Shown: positions 1-11,288, counted from the first letter of the whole stretch. The stretch is DNA of 63,809 nucleotides, filler included, from Octopus bimaculoides (GCF_001194135.2; 9 parts of 7 records of this genome joined end to end with filler, not necessarily neighbours in it), one strand, 5' to 3'. Translations and numbers: made by a program. The notes: generated by a model from the letters alone, not told the origin.

Positions 1-365
1 TGGGCCTCTCTGAGGCGATGACTACTGACTGAGACCTTTGGAAATGTGCTGTGCGTGAGAAGACCCGGCAAGCCAAGTGAGATCGTTGCCAGTGCCCCTG
101 GACTGGCTCTTGTGCGGGTGGCACATAAAAGACACCATTTTGAGTGTGGCCGTTGCCAGTACCGCCTGACTGGCCCTCGTGCAGGTGACACGTAAAAGCC
201 CCCACTACACTCTCGGAGTGGTTGGCGTTAGGAAGGGCATCCAGCTGTAGAAACTCTGCCAAATTAGATTGGAGCCTGGTGTTGCCATCCGGTTTCACCA
301 GTCCTCAGTCAAATCGTCCAACCCATGCCAGCATGGAAAGCGGACGTTAAACGATGATCATGATC
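1..365 (+). mobile_element. RTE-clade LINE 3' end (ORF2 C-terminus, 3' UTR, (GAT)n tail)
   Basis: Reads ...LGLSEAMTTD*DLWKCAVREKTRQAK* (stop 78-80), nearly the same as the ORF end at 3706-3708. Same 3' UTR ending GCATGGAAAGCGGACGTTAAACGATGAT. Confidence 0.85.
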
Positions 366-370
366 ATGAT

Positions 371-536
371 CATCATCATCATCATCATTCAATGTCTGCC
401 TTCTAAGCTGGCATGGGTTGAGTGATTTGATAGGGGTTGGCCAGATAGAAAACTGCACCAGGCATCTCTGTCTGTTGTGGCAAGGTTTTTAATGGTTGGA
501 TGCCCTTCCTAACACCAACCACTCCATAGGTTTTTG
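371..536 (-). mobile_element. Diverged RTE 3'-tail copy, inverted, tail-to-tail with 1-365
   Basis: (CAT)n followed by GCATGGGTTG...GGATGCCCTTCCTAACACCAACCACTC, the reverse complement of the RTE 3' UTR. Confidence 0.75.
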
Positions 537-786
537 AAATAGTTTAACTGATGAGCTTTAAGTTTTGGTTCAACACAGAAAGCAAAATAAGTTGACACTA
601 GGATGTCTGTGATACTATTTGTCTTTTATAAATTGGAGAACCATTTTGGAGAAATATATTTGCTATATTCTCCGTACGTGTTTGCATATAATGAGAAATG
701 TGTGGTTTTGGAGGGTTTTAACTCCTCTCAAGAAAACAGATACATATTGTCACTGACTTTAATATATATATATATCATCATCATCA

Positions 787-1061
787 GCAGATATAAAAAG
801 GGGAACTTGACACGACGATCAGTCGGACGCTGACACTCGTTGATGCTGCATTGAAGAGGCCAGGGAATAGAAGAAAGAAGACATGCACCCAACACCAGAG
901 CTGAAGACACCTCCGAAAGGGGGTGGCCCCGCCACGTCAAAACGGTAGAGGAGTAGGGGCCGAAACCGGACGTGGTTCCTCCTGATGATGTCTTCAGCTA
1001 ACTGGATCCTATAAAGGAGCTGTTGTGCTAGCAGACCACGAAACATGGTTGAAATTCCTCC
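787..1061. repeat. 275-bp GC-rich unit, copy 1 (identical copy at 2000-2274 across the gap)
   Basis: No differences seen by eye between the two copies. An 18-nt direct repeat TATATATCATCATCATCA lies at 769-786 and 2275-2292. Confidence 0.9.
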
Positions 1062-1999
1062 NNNNNNNNNNNNNNNNNNNNNNNNNNNNNNNNNNNNNNN
1101 NNNNNNNNNNNNNNNNNNNNNNNNNNNNNNNNNNNNNNNNNNNNNNNNNNNNNNNNNNNNNNNNNNNNNNNNNNNNNNNNNNNNNNNNNNNNNNNNNNNN
1201 NNNNNNNNNNNNNNNNNNNNNNNNNNNNNNNNNNNNNNNNNNNNNNNNNNNNNNNNNNNNNNNNNNNNNNNNNNNNNNNNNNNNNNNNNNNNNNNNNNNN
1301 NNNNNNNNNNNNNNNNNNNNNNNNNNNNNNNNNNNNNNNNNNNNNNNNNNNNNNNNNNNNNNNNNNNNNNNNNNNNNNNNNNNNNNNNNNNNNNNNNNNN
1401 NNNNNNNNNNNNNNNNNNNNNNNNNNNNNNNNNNNNNNNNNNNNNNNNNNNNNNNNNNNNNNNNNNNNNNNNNNNNNNNNNNNNNNNNNNNNNNNNNNNN
1501 NNNNNNNNNNNNNNNNNNNNNNNNNNNNNNNNNNNNNNNNNNNNNNNNNNNNNNNNNNNNNNNNNNNNNNNNNNNNNNNNNNNNNNNNNNNNNNNNNNNN
1601 NNNNNNNNNNNNNNNNNNNNNNNNNNNNNNNNNNNNNNNNNNNNNNNNNNNNNNNNNNNNNNNNNNNNNNNNNNNNNNNNNNNNNNNNNNNNNNNNNNNN
1701 NNNNNNNNNNNNNNNNNNNNNNNNNNNNNNNNNNNNNNNNNNNNNNNNNNNNNNNNNNNNNNNNNNNNNNNNNNNNNNNNNNNNNNNNNNNNNNNNNNNN
1801 NNNNNNNNNNNNNNNNNNNNNNNNNNNNNNNNNNNNNNNNNNNNNNNNNNNNNNNNNNNNNNNNNNNNNNNNNNNNNNNNNNNNNNNNNNNNNNNNNNNN
1901 NNNNNNNNNNNNNNNNNNNNNNNNNNNNNNNNNNNNNNNNNNNNNNNNNNNNNNNNNNNNNNNNNNNNNNNNNNNNNNNNNNNNNNNNNNNNNNNNTCA

Positions 2000-2274
2000 G
2001 CAGATATAAAAAGGGGAACTTGACACGACGATCAGTCGGACGCTGACACTCGTTGATGCTGCATTGAAGAGGCCAGGGAATAGAAGAAAGAAGACATGCA
2101 CCCAACACCAGAGCTGAAGACACCTCCGAAAGGGGGTGGCCCCGCCACGTCAAAACGGTAGAGGAGTAGGGGCCGAAACCGGACGTGGTTCCTCCTGATG
2201 ATGTCTTCAGCTAACTGGATCCTATAAAGGAGCTGTTGTGCTAGCAGACCACGAAACATGGTTGAAATTCCTCC
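2000..2274. repeat. 275-bp GC-rich unit, copy 2
   Basis: Identical to 787-1061. Confidence 0.9.
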
Positions 2275-2281
2275 TATATAT

Positions 2282-2453
2282 CATCATCATCATTGTTTAA
2301 TGTCCGCTTCCCATGCTAGCATGGGTTGGACGATTTGACTGAGGACAGGCGAACCAGATGGCTACACTAGACATCAATCTGATCTGGCAGAGTTTCTACA
2401 CCTGGATGCCCTTCCTAACGCCAACCACTCGAGAGTGTAGTGGGCGCTTTTAT
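2282..2453 (-). mobile_element. RTE 3'-tail copy
   Basis: (CAT)n, then GCATGGGTTGGACGATTTGACTGAGG...CCCTTCCTAACGCCAACCACTC. Confidence 0.8.
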
Positions 2454-2726
2454 ATGTACGTACGTACATACACACACACGCATACACACACACACACCCT
2501 TATATTTATATATATATATAAGTATATATTATGTTCTGAGTTCAAATATACATACATGGGGTATTTGTCTGTAAAAGAACTTACTATATATATATATACA
2601 GTGATGCCTCTTTATATGAGTAAATTTGCTCTCGGAGACCGCTCGTAAACCAAAAACTTGTGAAGCAGAGCAACAACTTCCCATAGCAGCGATGAAACCC
2701 CATGCCGCCACTTACAGACATTTGTG

Positions 2727-2959
2727 CACGCATTTGAATGCAGCGTATGCCAGAAGGTTTGCAAATCCAAAGGAGGCCTCAAGAGACATTTTAAGATCCA
2801 CAAACAGCAGAACTTATCTAAAGCTCTTCGTGGTCCAAATCGGAGATGCAATCTATGTGGGTATCTTTTCAGAACATTGTCTGGCTAAAAAGCCACATTA
2901 GAGGCCATAATGGTGCTAAGGTGTAGGTACAGGAGGTGGTCAAACTCTACATAAGGAGT
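2727..2959 (+). pseudogene. Two C2H2 zinc fingers (second disrupted), probably the C-terminus of an RTE/BovB-like LINE ORF2
   Basis: Frame at 2727 reads HAFECSVCQKVCKSKGGLKRHFKIH, an exact C-x2-C-x12-H-x3-H. It continues into CNLCGYLFRTLSG, broken by a 2-nt deletion before ..HIRGH. This frame is not in the ORF track. Confidence 0.7.
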
Positions 2960-3059
2960 NNNNNNNNNNNNNNNNNNNNNNNNNNNNNNNNNNNNNNNNN
3001 NNNNNNNNNNNNNNNNNNNNNNNNNNNNNNNNNNNNNNNNNNNNNNNNNNNNNNNNNNN

Positions 3060-4284
3060 GGAGCTATAAACACTGTGAATGTGCAGAAAACAACTCCTGC
3101 CACATTCCATGGAGAAAAACTAGAAGTGGTTGATAGCTTCCGTTATCTGGGTGACCAAATTAGTAGTGGGGTGGGTGCGCTGAAATTGTAGTTGCTAGAA
3201 TAAGAATAGCCTGGGCAAAGTTCAGAGAGCTCTTATCTCTGCTGCAGACAAAGGGTCTCTCTCTCAGATTAAAAGCAGACTGTATGATGCATGTGTACGG
3301 ACAGCCATGCTTCATGGCAGTGAAACATGGGCTGTGACTGCTGAGGACATGCGTAGGCTCGCAAGGAATGAAGCCAGTTTGCTCCGATGGATGTGTAATG
3401 TCAGTGTGCATACTAGACAGAGTGTTAATACTTTGAGAGAAAAGTTGAACTTACGAAGCATCAGTTGTGGTGTACAAGAAAGACAATTGCGCTGGTATGG
3501 TCATGTAGCAAGAATGGATGAGGATAGCTATGTGAAAAAGTGCCACACCTTAGCAGTGGAGGGAACCTGTGGAAGACGTAGGCCCAGGAAGACCTGGGAT
3601 GAGGTGGTGAGGCACGACCTTCGAACATTGGGCCTCACCGAGGCGATGACTTCTGACCGAGACCTTTGGAAATATGCTGTGCATGAGAAGACCCGGCAAG
3701 CCAAGTGAGTCCTAAATCGAAGGCCTCAGTCAGCCCACTTATATGTACCTTCCTTCATTGGACAATAAACTCCGCTTGCGAAGACCTGTTGAGGCAAGTG
3801 AAATTGAAACCGAAATAAATTCGACGACTGGCACCCATGCCAACGTCGTCTCCTTCATTGGAAGTGAAACTCGGCTAGCGAAGACTTATTGGGGCAAGCA
3901 AAAGCGAAACCGCCAATGGCACCTGTGCCCAGTATCACCTTCCTGGCACTTGTGCCAGAGGGCATGTATAAAGACATTCAAGCGAGATCGTTGCCAGTGC
4001 CGCCGAACTGGCTCCTGTGCAGGTGGCATGTAAAATACACCATTTTGAGCATGGCCATTACCAGTACCGCCTGACTGGCCTTCGAGCCGGTGGCATGTAA
4101 AAGCACCCACTACACTCTCGGAGTGGTTGGCGTTAGGAAGGGCATCCAGCTGTAGAAACATTGCCAGATCAGATTGGAGCTTGGTGTAGCCATCTGGTTT
4201 AACTAGTCTTCAGTCAAATCGTCCAACCCATGCTAGCATGGAAAACAGACGTTAAACGACGATGATGATGATGATGATGATGAT
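3060..4284 (+). mobile_element. RTE-clade LINE 3' fragment with frameshifted ORF2 remnant (3060-3708), long 3' UTR and (GAT)n tail
   Basis: EKLEVVDSFRYLGDQI, ARIRIAWAKFREL, MLHGSETW, LRWYGHVARM and RPRKTWDEVV are typical RTE RT/thumb and C-terminal motifs. Confidence 0.92.
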
Positions 4285-5061
4285 TCCTTCCCCAAATGCT
4301 GAAGGAATATGAAATTTATTCCTTCAACAAATGCTGAAGGAATATGAAATTCATTCCTTCACCATATGCTGAAGGAATATCCAATTCATTCCTTCACCAT
4401 ATGCTGAAGGAATATGGAATTCATTCCTTCACCAAATGTTGAAGGAATATGAAATTTATTCCTTCAACAAATGCTGAAGGAATATGAAATTCATTCCTTC
4501 ACCATATGCTGAAGGAATATGAAACTCATTNNNNNNNNNNAAGGAATATGAAATTTATTCCTTCAACAAATGCTGAAGGAATATGAAATTCATTCCTTCA
4601 CCATATGCTGAAGGAATATGAAACTCATTCCTACACAAAATACTGAAGAAATATCGAATTCATTTCTTCACCAAATGCTGAAGGAATCTCAAATTCATTC
4701 TTTCAACAAATGCTGAAGGAATATCAAATTCATTCCTTTACCAAATGCTGAAGGAATAAGAAACTCATTCCTTCACAAAATACTGAAGGAATATGGAATT
4801 CATTCCTTCACCATATGCTGAACGAATATCCAATTTATTCCTTCAACAAATGCTGAAGGAATATGAAATTCATTCCTTCACCATATGCTGAAGGAATATG
4901 AAACTCATTCCTTCACAAAATACTGAAGGAATATGGAATTCATTCCTTCAACAAATGCTGAAAGAATATGGAATTCAGTCCTTCACCATATGCTGAAGGA
5001 ATATCCAATTCATTCCTTCAACAAATGCTGAAGGAATATGGAATTCTGTCCTTCACCATAT
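4283..5061. repeat. 35-bp palindromic minisatellite, about 22 units, consensus ATTCCTTCA-8 nt-TGAAGGAAT-9 nt
   Basis: Two units recur every 70 bp (4291, 4361, 4431). The 9-bp inverted arms are conserved, and there is a 10-N gap at 4531-4540. Confidence 0.95.
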
Positions 5062-5281
5062 GGCATATCTTTTTTTTTTATTTATGCAAATTTAAATTTC
5101 AAGGTTATGTCTGTCTCCTTTCTTAACATGAGTCTCTCATGAAGATAATGAGTCTCTCTGTTCATTAAGTGACTAATTTTAATTGAAATTTTGCAGTGCA
5201 CTTCATTAAATGTTTTGACATATTCTGATAGTTCCAAAATTAGTCAAATGTTCTACTGTTTATTTGGAAAATAGGTTTACA

Positions 5282-5381
5282 NNNNNNNNNNNNNNNNNNN
5301 NNNNNNNNNNNNNNNNNNNNNNNNNTTAATTAATTAANNNNNNNNNNNNNNNNNNNNNNNNNNNNNNNNNNNNNNNNNNNN
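5282..5381. other. Assembly spacer 44N-TTAATTAATTAA-44N (the 12-mer recurs at 12031, 14292, 36726, 38403, 44018, 52389, 62244)
   Basis: The same 100-bp layout occurs eight times, and the 12-mer has stops in all six frames. Confidence 0.95.
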
Positions 5382-5580
5382 AACAGAAACAGGAAGCAAG
5401 AGTGAGAGAAAGTTGTGGTGAAAGAGTACAGCAGGGTTCGCCACCACCCCCTGCCGGAGCCTCGTGGAGCTTTAGGTGTTTTCGCTCAATAAACACTCAC
5501 AACGCCCGGTCTGAGAATCGAAACCGCGATCCTATGACCGCGAGTCCGCTGCCCTAACCACTGGGCCATTGCGCCTCCAC
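5382..5580 (-). mobile_element. tRNA-derived SINE, family A, 5' part (runs into the gap)
   Basis: Minus strand starts GTGGAGGCGCAATGGCCCAGTGGTTAGG (A box) ... GGTTTCGATTC (B box). Matches 22537-22910. Confidence 0.85.
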
Positions 5581-6104
5581 AGTAAAGTGGCGGAGAACAC
5601 GCACAATTCACACTCACTCACACACACACACAGACACACACACATACATATTTGATACCCTTGCATGCAATTTCCCCCTAACAATTGATCGGTCTGGGGC
5701 CATAGTAGATGACACATGCCGAAGGTGCAGCGCAGTGGGACTGAATCTGAAGCCACGCGGTTGCAATACCGAATCCATTAACCACACAGCTATGTCTGTA
5801 CCTGCAACTGAACATAATTATATATCTGTTTAAAATATTCCTAGCAACAGTGAAAAACCTACGTTTGTTTCAGAATTTTACAATTGGTTCATTATATTCA
5901 CGATCTTTGTCAACCTCATTAAAACAAATACCTCGAACTATTTTCGCCCTTCTTCCCTCCCTCGGCATTCTCCTCTTACTTCACCTCCTCCTAGTTGTCG
6001 ACGTCGCCGTTATTGTGTTTCTGAATGACTTCCTGTTATCTTTATTACTGTGAATGCTATTGCTTTTGGTGTTTTTGTTTTTATTTCCGTTTTTGCTATT
6101 GCTA

Positions 6105-6116
6105 TAGTAGTAGTAA

Positions 6117-6160
<44 letters not shown>

Positions 6161-6208
6161 CTAGTAGTAGTAGTAATAATAGTAATAGTAGTAGTAGTAG
6201 TAGTAGTA

Positions 6209-6249
<41 letters not shown>

Positions 6250-6262
6250 AGTAGTAGTAGTT
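6105..6262. repeat. (TAG)n/(GTC)n compound microsatellite
   Basis: Seen directly. It accounts for the poly-S/R/V ORFs. Confidence 0.95.
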
Positions 6263-7356
6263 TTTGTTGTTGCATGTATGTATGTATATGTTGTTTAATC
6301 AAAGCTAAACGTAAAACAATGTCTTTGCCAGAACAATGAACATTGTGAAAAATTCATTCAAAATTTCGTATCGACATGTATTTAAAAATACAACCCCCCC
6401 CCCAAAAAAAAAAAATAAATAAAACCACATATTATGGAGCTACGATTGTACAAAATTAACCAATAGTAAGCCAACTATTTCGGAGATCCAATTGTGCAAA
6501 CCGGCCAATTGACAAACAGATATATTTTGGAGTTTAGATTGTATCAGTCAATCAATATATGTAATGTTACATTGTATCAATCTGCTTAGTTGTGCGAGGT
6601 TTGTGAATGCTCTGTAAAGATTTACAAACTCACTTCAGCTTCCGCGCATTATAATAGAAGATAGGTAAATCGTACATTTCTTAGAAAGCATCCAAATGAT
6701 TTTAGTTTCCTCAAATTGCAGACGGCCAATCACCTGCTCAATAGAAAAAAAAAAGCCAGTATATTGTCCTTAACTATAATTTAAAAAATTCTTCTTGTTA
6801 TTGATCTTATATGTAAATGAATGTTTGTATAATGTACAGCAATATATGTTATAACTGTAGGCCATCTTGTCTAGCGAAATGAGGCTGAATGATTCTTTGT
6901 CAAAAAGTACATAATGTAATTTTTATATATTTATTTGTTTTCTGTGTACAATCTAGGTTTATTTTAGTCTTTGAATATACTCTAGAATTCGCCTAATATA
7001 GACTAAAGATTCCATTAACAAACTTTTCAGAATTGTACACTGAATTGATTTATAACCATAAAAGGTTTTCTTTCCTTTTCTCCCAACAACTTAACCATCG
7101 TTTGGTTCAGACGCAATGAAAACTTTTGCCGCCAACGCATATTTATGGAAAAACAATTATTCTTTTGTTTGATCGTTTTCACTTACTTTTATTTTTTTAA
7201 ATCCATAAATTATTTGTTAATTTCTTCATAGACTTACACAGAAGAATTGTTTATATCCATTTTTTTTTCTTAATTTTTCGACATGTAATTTAATGGGGAA
7301 AATGATGGTACAGGTGTACCTAAGCCAACTAAGGATATACGAAGTTTAATCCTAAT

Positions 7357-7387
<31 letters not shown>

Positions 7388-7390
<3 letters not shown>

Positions 7391-7750
7391 GCATTTACTT
7401 GTTTCAGTTATTGAACTGCGGCCATGCTGGGGAATCGCCTTGAAGAATTAAACGAGAAAATCGACTACAAAACTTATTCTATCAGTCTTTTTGCCGAACC
7501 ACTAAGTTACGGGGACGTAAACAGACACCAATTACCAAGCGTTACTGGCGACAAACAAAAACCCAAAGACATACACACATACATATGGCGAGTTTCTTTA
7601 AGCTTCCGTCTACCAAATCAGCTTACAAGGGTTTATTCCACCAGGAGCTATAGTAGAAGACACCTACCTAAGGTACCACGTAGCGTGATTGAACCCCAAA
7701 CGACATCGTTCGGAAGTATGCTTCTGAATCACGTAACCACTCCTGTACCT
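7388..7750 (-). mobile_element. tRNA-derived SINE, family B
   Basis: Matches the reverse complement of 9834-10225, including the head GGAGTGGTTACGTG and the tail ACTGAAACAAGTAAA. Confidence 0.8.
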
Positions 7751-8208
7751 ATTAACTTTATCATAATTATTTTTATGTATTCGAAGTAATGTTTTCCGGA
7801 ATGTAATATATCTTTCATAATTTATTACGACCTGCACGTGTTTCCACTGTACAGAGCATGCGCAGCTGCAAATGCAACCGGGCATAAATTTCTAAAAGCG
7901 TTTCTCCCGAAATGATGCCATAAATTATTTGTCCCCGTTTAGCATCCGATCAGCTTCCATCGATAAGAGGTATGTTGCCGTTGATTCTTATATTATCTCG
8001 TTAGCTCAGCTTTATGAAGTACAGCACATAAGGCAGTCAAAATCTGGCACTGCAGTCAATATTTCATTAGCTTTTTATCATTTCTTTTTATCTATATCTG
8101 CTGCCAATTTATTTTGGTTTCTCCTCTCTTTTTGCACCCTACTTCTGTCCTGGCTAGCGTGATCCATCTGTACTCTAGTTTGAACGCCTCTATCAATATC
8201 TATTCTTT

Positions 8209-8390
8209 TATTCTTTTACTTGTTTCAGTCATTTGACAGCGGCCATACTGGAGCGCCGCCTTAAAGGGTTTTCGTCGAACAAATCGCGCCCCAGGACTTA
8301 ATCTTTTACCGAGCCGCTAAGTTACGGGGACATAAACATACCAGCATCGGTTGACAAGCGATGGTGGTGGGGAGACAAACACAAACACAC
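8209..8390 (-). mobile_element. SINE family B, 3' half
   Basis: TTTTACTTGTTTCAGTCATTTGAC...CTAAGTTACGGGGAC...GACAAGCGATGGTGG. Confidence 0.8.
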
Positions 8391-8559
8391 ACACACACAC
8401 GCACACACACACACACACACACACATAGTGAAATATTCGTTATAGGTATAAAACAGCATAAACAATTACAAAAATGGAGAAGAGATGTTAAAAGTTCAAA
8501 ATAGAATTTAATATGCACGTACGAACGTTTCAAAGGGCAATACAAATATGTAAGAAAAC

Positions 8560-8644
<85 letters not shown>

Positions 8645-9520
8645 ATTAAAGTTATGTATTGTCATTTTCGTCAGTGTGAAGTTTTTAAGGAAAAAACATC
8701 AAAAAAGTTATTAACGAAAAAAATCAAGAAGGAAAAACAAAATCAAGGTGTTAGATACCAATTAAAGGGACATAATAATATTCTTCTTAATATTTTTCTT
8801 GGTAACCCTAAATTTTATCTTTATACAATATAACAATATTGTTTAAATCATTAAACTATAGTACCCCATGATAAAATTTCCCCTGTATTATCATCATTGG
8901 TTTTATTAGAGTCTTGCCCCTTTAACTAGTATCTAACATCTTGATTTAAGTTCTTCCTTTACCAAACCTCATTATAGACAGTTACTTTATACTATTTTTA
9001 ACTAATCTTGGTAAGTTTTATGACTATACCCACTATGATTCTGTCAACACCCTCAGGCCCTTTCCTAACAGACAATGCTCTTTGGTCTTAGATTTTGATA
9101 TACATAGATTTGATAAACAAGACTATAAATTAAAACCGACCCAAAAATCTGACAAGCCAGATCTCTAACAGTTTTTTTCCTGAAGTCTTAGTAGCTTCTA
9201 AGCTGAAGTGAATACAGCATAGACTTTGTCTTCTTACTTCCTTAGAGGATTAGGTAAAATTATACAAAAGTGTCCGACTGATTAAATAAATTCTATTTAT
9301 TTATTTGTTTATTTATGCAGTTGAGGGTAGCTCTCCGTTTAAATTGATGTAATGATTGCATTGTTCAATTAAATGGAGTCGCCTGAAACGATCGTACTGC
9401 ATCAACTCTGGATATCATGTTGCTTATTTTGATTTTTGATTTTATTCACCTTATTTGAAATTGTAATTTTTGGTGCCTCAACTTAAGTACCTAATTCCCC
9501 TGAATCTCAATTATCTTGTT

Positions 9521-9553
<33 letters not shown>

Positions 9554-9833
9554 NNNNNNNNNNNNNNNNNNNNNNNNNNNNNNNNNNNNNNNNNNNNNNN
9601 NNNNNNNNNNNNNNNNNNNNNNNNNNNNNNNNNNNNNNNNNNNNNNNNNNNNNNNNNNNNNNNNNNNNNNNNNNNNNNNNNNNNNNNNNNNNNNNNNNNN
9701 NNNNNNNNNNNNNNNNNNNNNNNNNNNNNNNNNNNNNNNNNNNNNNNNNNNNNNNNNNNNNNNNNNNNNNNNNNNNNNNNNNNNNNNNNNNNNNNNNNNN
9801 NNNNNNNNNNNNNNNNNNNNNNNNNNNNNNNNT

Positions 9834-10005
9834 ATAGGTGCAGAAGTGGCTGTGTGGTAAGGGGCTTGTTTACCAACCACATGGCTCCGGGTTCAGACCC
9901 ACTGTATGGCACCTTGGGAAAGTGTCTTCTATTATAGCCTATGGCCAACCAATGCTTTGTGAGTGGATTTGGTAGGCGGAAACTGAAAGAAGTCCGTCGT
10001 ATATA

Positions 10006-10044
<39 letters not shown>

Positions 10045-10225
10045 ACCATCGCTTGACAACCGATGTTGGTGTGTTTACATCACCGTAAAATAGCGGTTCG
10101 GCAACAGAGACCGATACAATAAGTACTAGGCTTACAAAAAAAGAATAAGTCCTAGTCGATCTGTTCGATTAAAGGCGGTGCTCCAGCATAGCCGCAGTCA
10201 AGTGAGTGAAACAAATAAAAGGATA
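9834..10225 (+). mobile_element. tRNA-derived SINE family B, near full length, with internal (TG)n
   Basis: Head GTGGCTGTGTGGTAAG...CCGGGTTCAGACCC, CORE-like GGCACCTTGGGAAAGTGTCTT, tail GCGGTGCTCCAGCAT...TGAAACAAATAAAAG. Confidence 0.85.
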
Positions 10226-10719
10226 TTCTTTTATTTATAATACAGGATAAAGAGTGACAGAAACAGTAGGCTAGTGTACTTATACTATATAGCTTTATAC
10301 TACATATTTACGTCTCTTCAGGTTTTCGTGTTAGATCGCACGTTCGAACTTGCATACATTCTCAGTAGAGCCAATAAAATACGTAGCAACCATATATTGA
10401 GTCGGTTCAGTCAACTGTGTACTCTTCACAAAAAATACGTCCTCAATCCAGTTTTTGTTTCTTTCTTTTGAAATGACTTCGCATACGAAACCGATAAGTC
10501 TACGTTATAAATGAACAATACCTTTCCCATTTCCCGCTTCCTTAAAATACAATGTCATTATGCTTATCCCACCGAAATAAACAGTGTAATCCTTGTGAGT
10601 TCTATCATAAATAAAGAAGAAAATTTGTCTGTACAAGTCCAAAACATGTTTATCCTTTTCTGGTGAAAGATTTCGCCTCATTTAGACAACTGAGAACTTC
10701 AGAAAGCTAAGAGTATGTA

Positions 10720-11140
10720 CAGTAATTCCCCGACTATCTCGAGTGTTACGTTCTAAAAACCGCCGCGATATGTGAAAATCCGTGAAGTAGAAATAGTACT
10801 GTATTATATATATATATATATTATTACTTTTATAATTTGTATATATTTATTTTATTACAAATGCAAAACAACACCATACACCCGCCTCCCGAGTTTCGTT
10901 TTCCATACAGTATTTGCGATTCTTTGTTTACTCATCTACAGTACACAATGTATTTTCTTTTGATATATTATAATTAAAGTGTTATACAGTGCAGTACTGT
11001 ACTATATTTCTATTTATTAATTCATTAATTTTTAGGCATGAACATGCTTATTTTACCACAGAAATAATTAGAATCTAAAAAATATAAATACCTATCGGCC
11101 GCAGAAATCCGCGATATACTGAGGAGTCCGCGATATAGAT
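10720..11140. mobile_element. Possible pogo/Tigger-like non-autonomous DNA element
   Basis: Starts TA|CAGTAATTCCCCGACTATC and repeats CCGCGATAT motifs at about 10763, 11108 and 11128. No clean second TIR is visible. Confidence 0.35.
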
Positions 11141-11288
11141 TTACATATATTAGCTAGAAAGATTTATATATATTGTTGTATTTGGGGACGGTCATGTTGC
11201 CAGTTTAGCCAATAGAAACACACGCACTGTATATTTGGTGTTAATTTGCTTCAGCTTTATACTACATTTCATTACATTAATCATATTT

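Noticed and set aside
908-981. HDV-like ribozyme in the pseudoknotted part of the 275-bp unit
   Set aside because: Two crossing helices exist, but I found no P3/L3, P1.1 or P4 in the required order on either strand.
819-2153. Long ORFs spanning N runs (also at 41167-42321 and 50568-51753)
   Set aside because: The length comes from gaps read as X.
3307-3708. 133-aa ORF as a host gene
   Set aside because: It is the in-frame tail of a frameshifted RTE ORF2.
4441-4632. Exact ~90-bp duplication around the 10-N gap within the array
   Set aside because: Probably overlapping contig ends, so not counted as evidence of higher-order structure.
4283-5061. CRISPR array (35-bp palindromic repeats)
   Set aside because: The units are contiguous with no unique spacers, no cas genes are present, and the context is eukaryotic.
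5326-5337. TTAATTAATTAA recurring eight times as a possible conserved motif
   Set aside because: It is always centred in 44N+44N, so it is an artificial scaffold spacer.
5510-5580. tRNA genes at the SINE heads (also 22840-22910 and 9834-9905)
   Set aside because: A/B boxes are present but run straight into multi-copy SINE bodies, with no complete cloverleaf.
6634-6733. Minus-strand exon with a perfect GAA|GTGAGT donor
   Set aside because: All three frames contain stops. It could be non-coding, but nothing else supports it.
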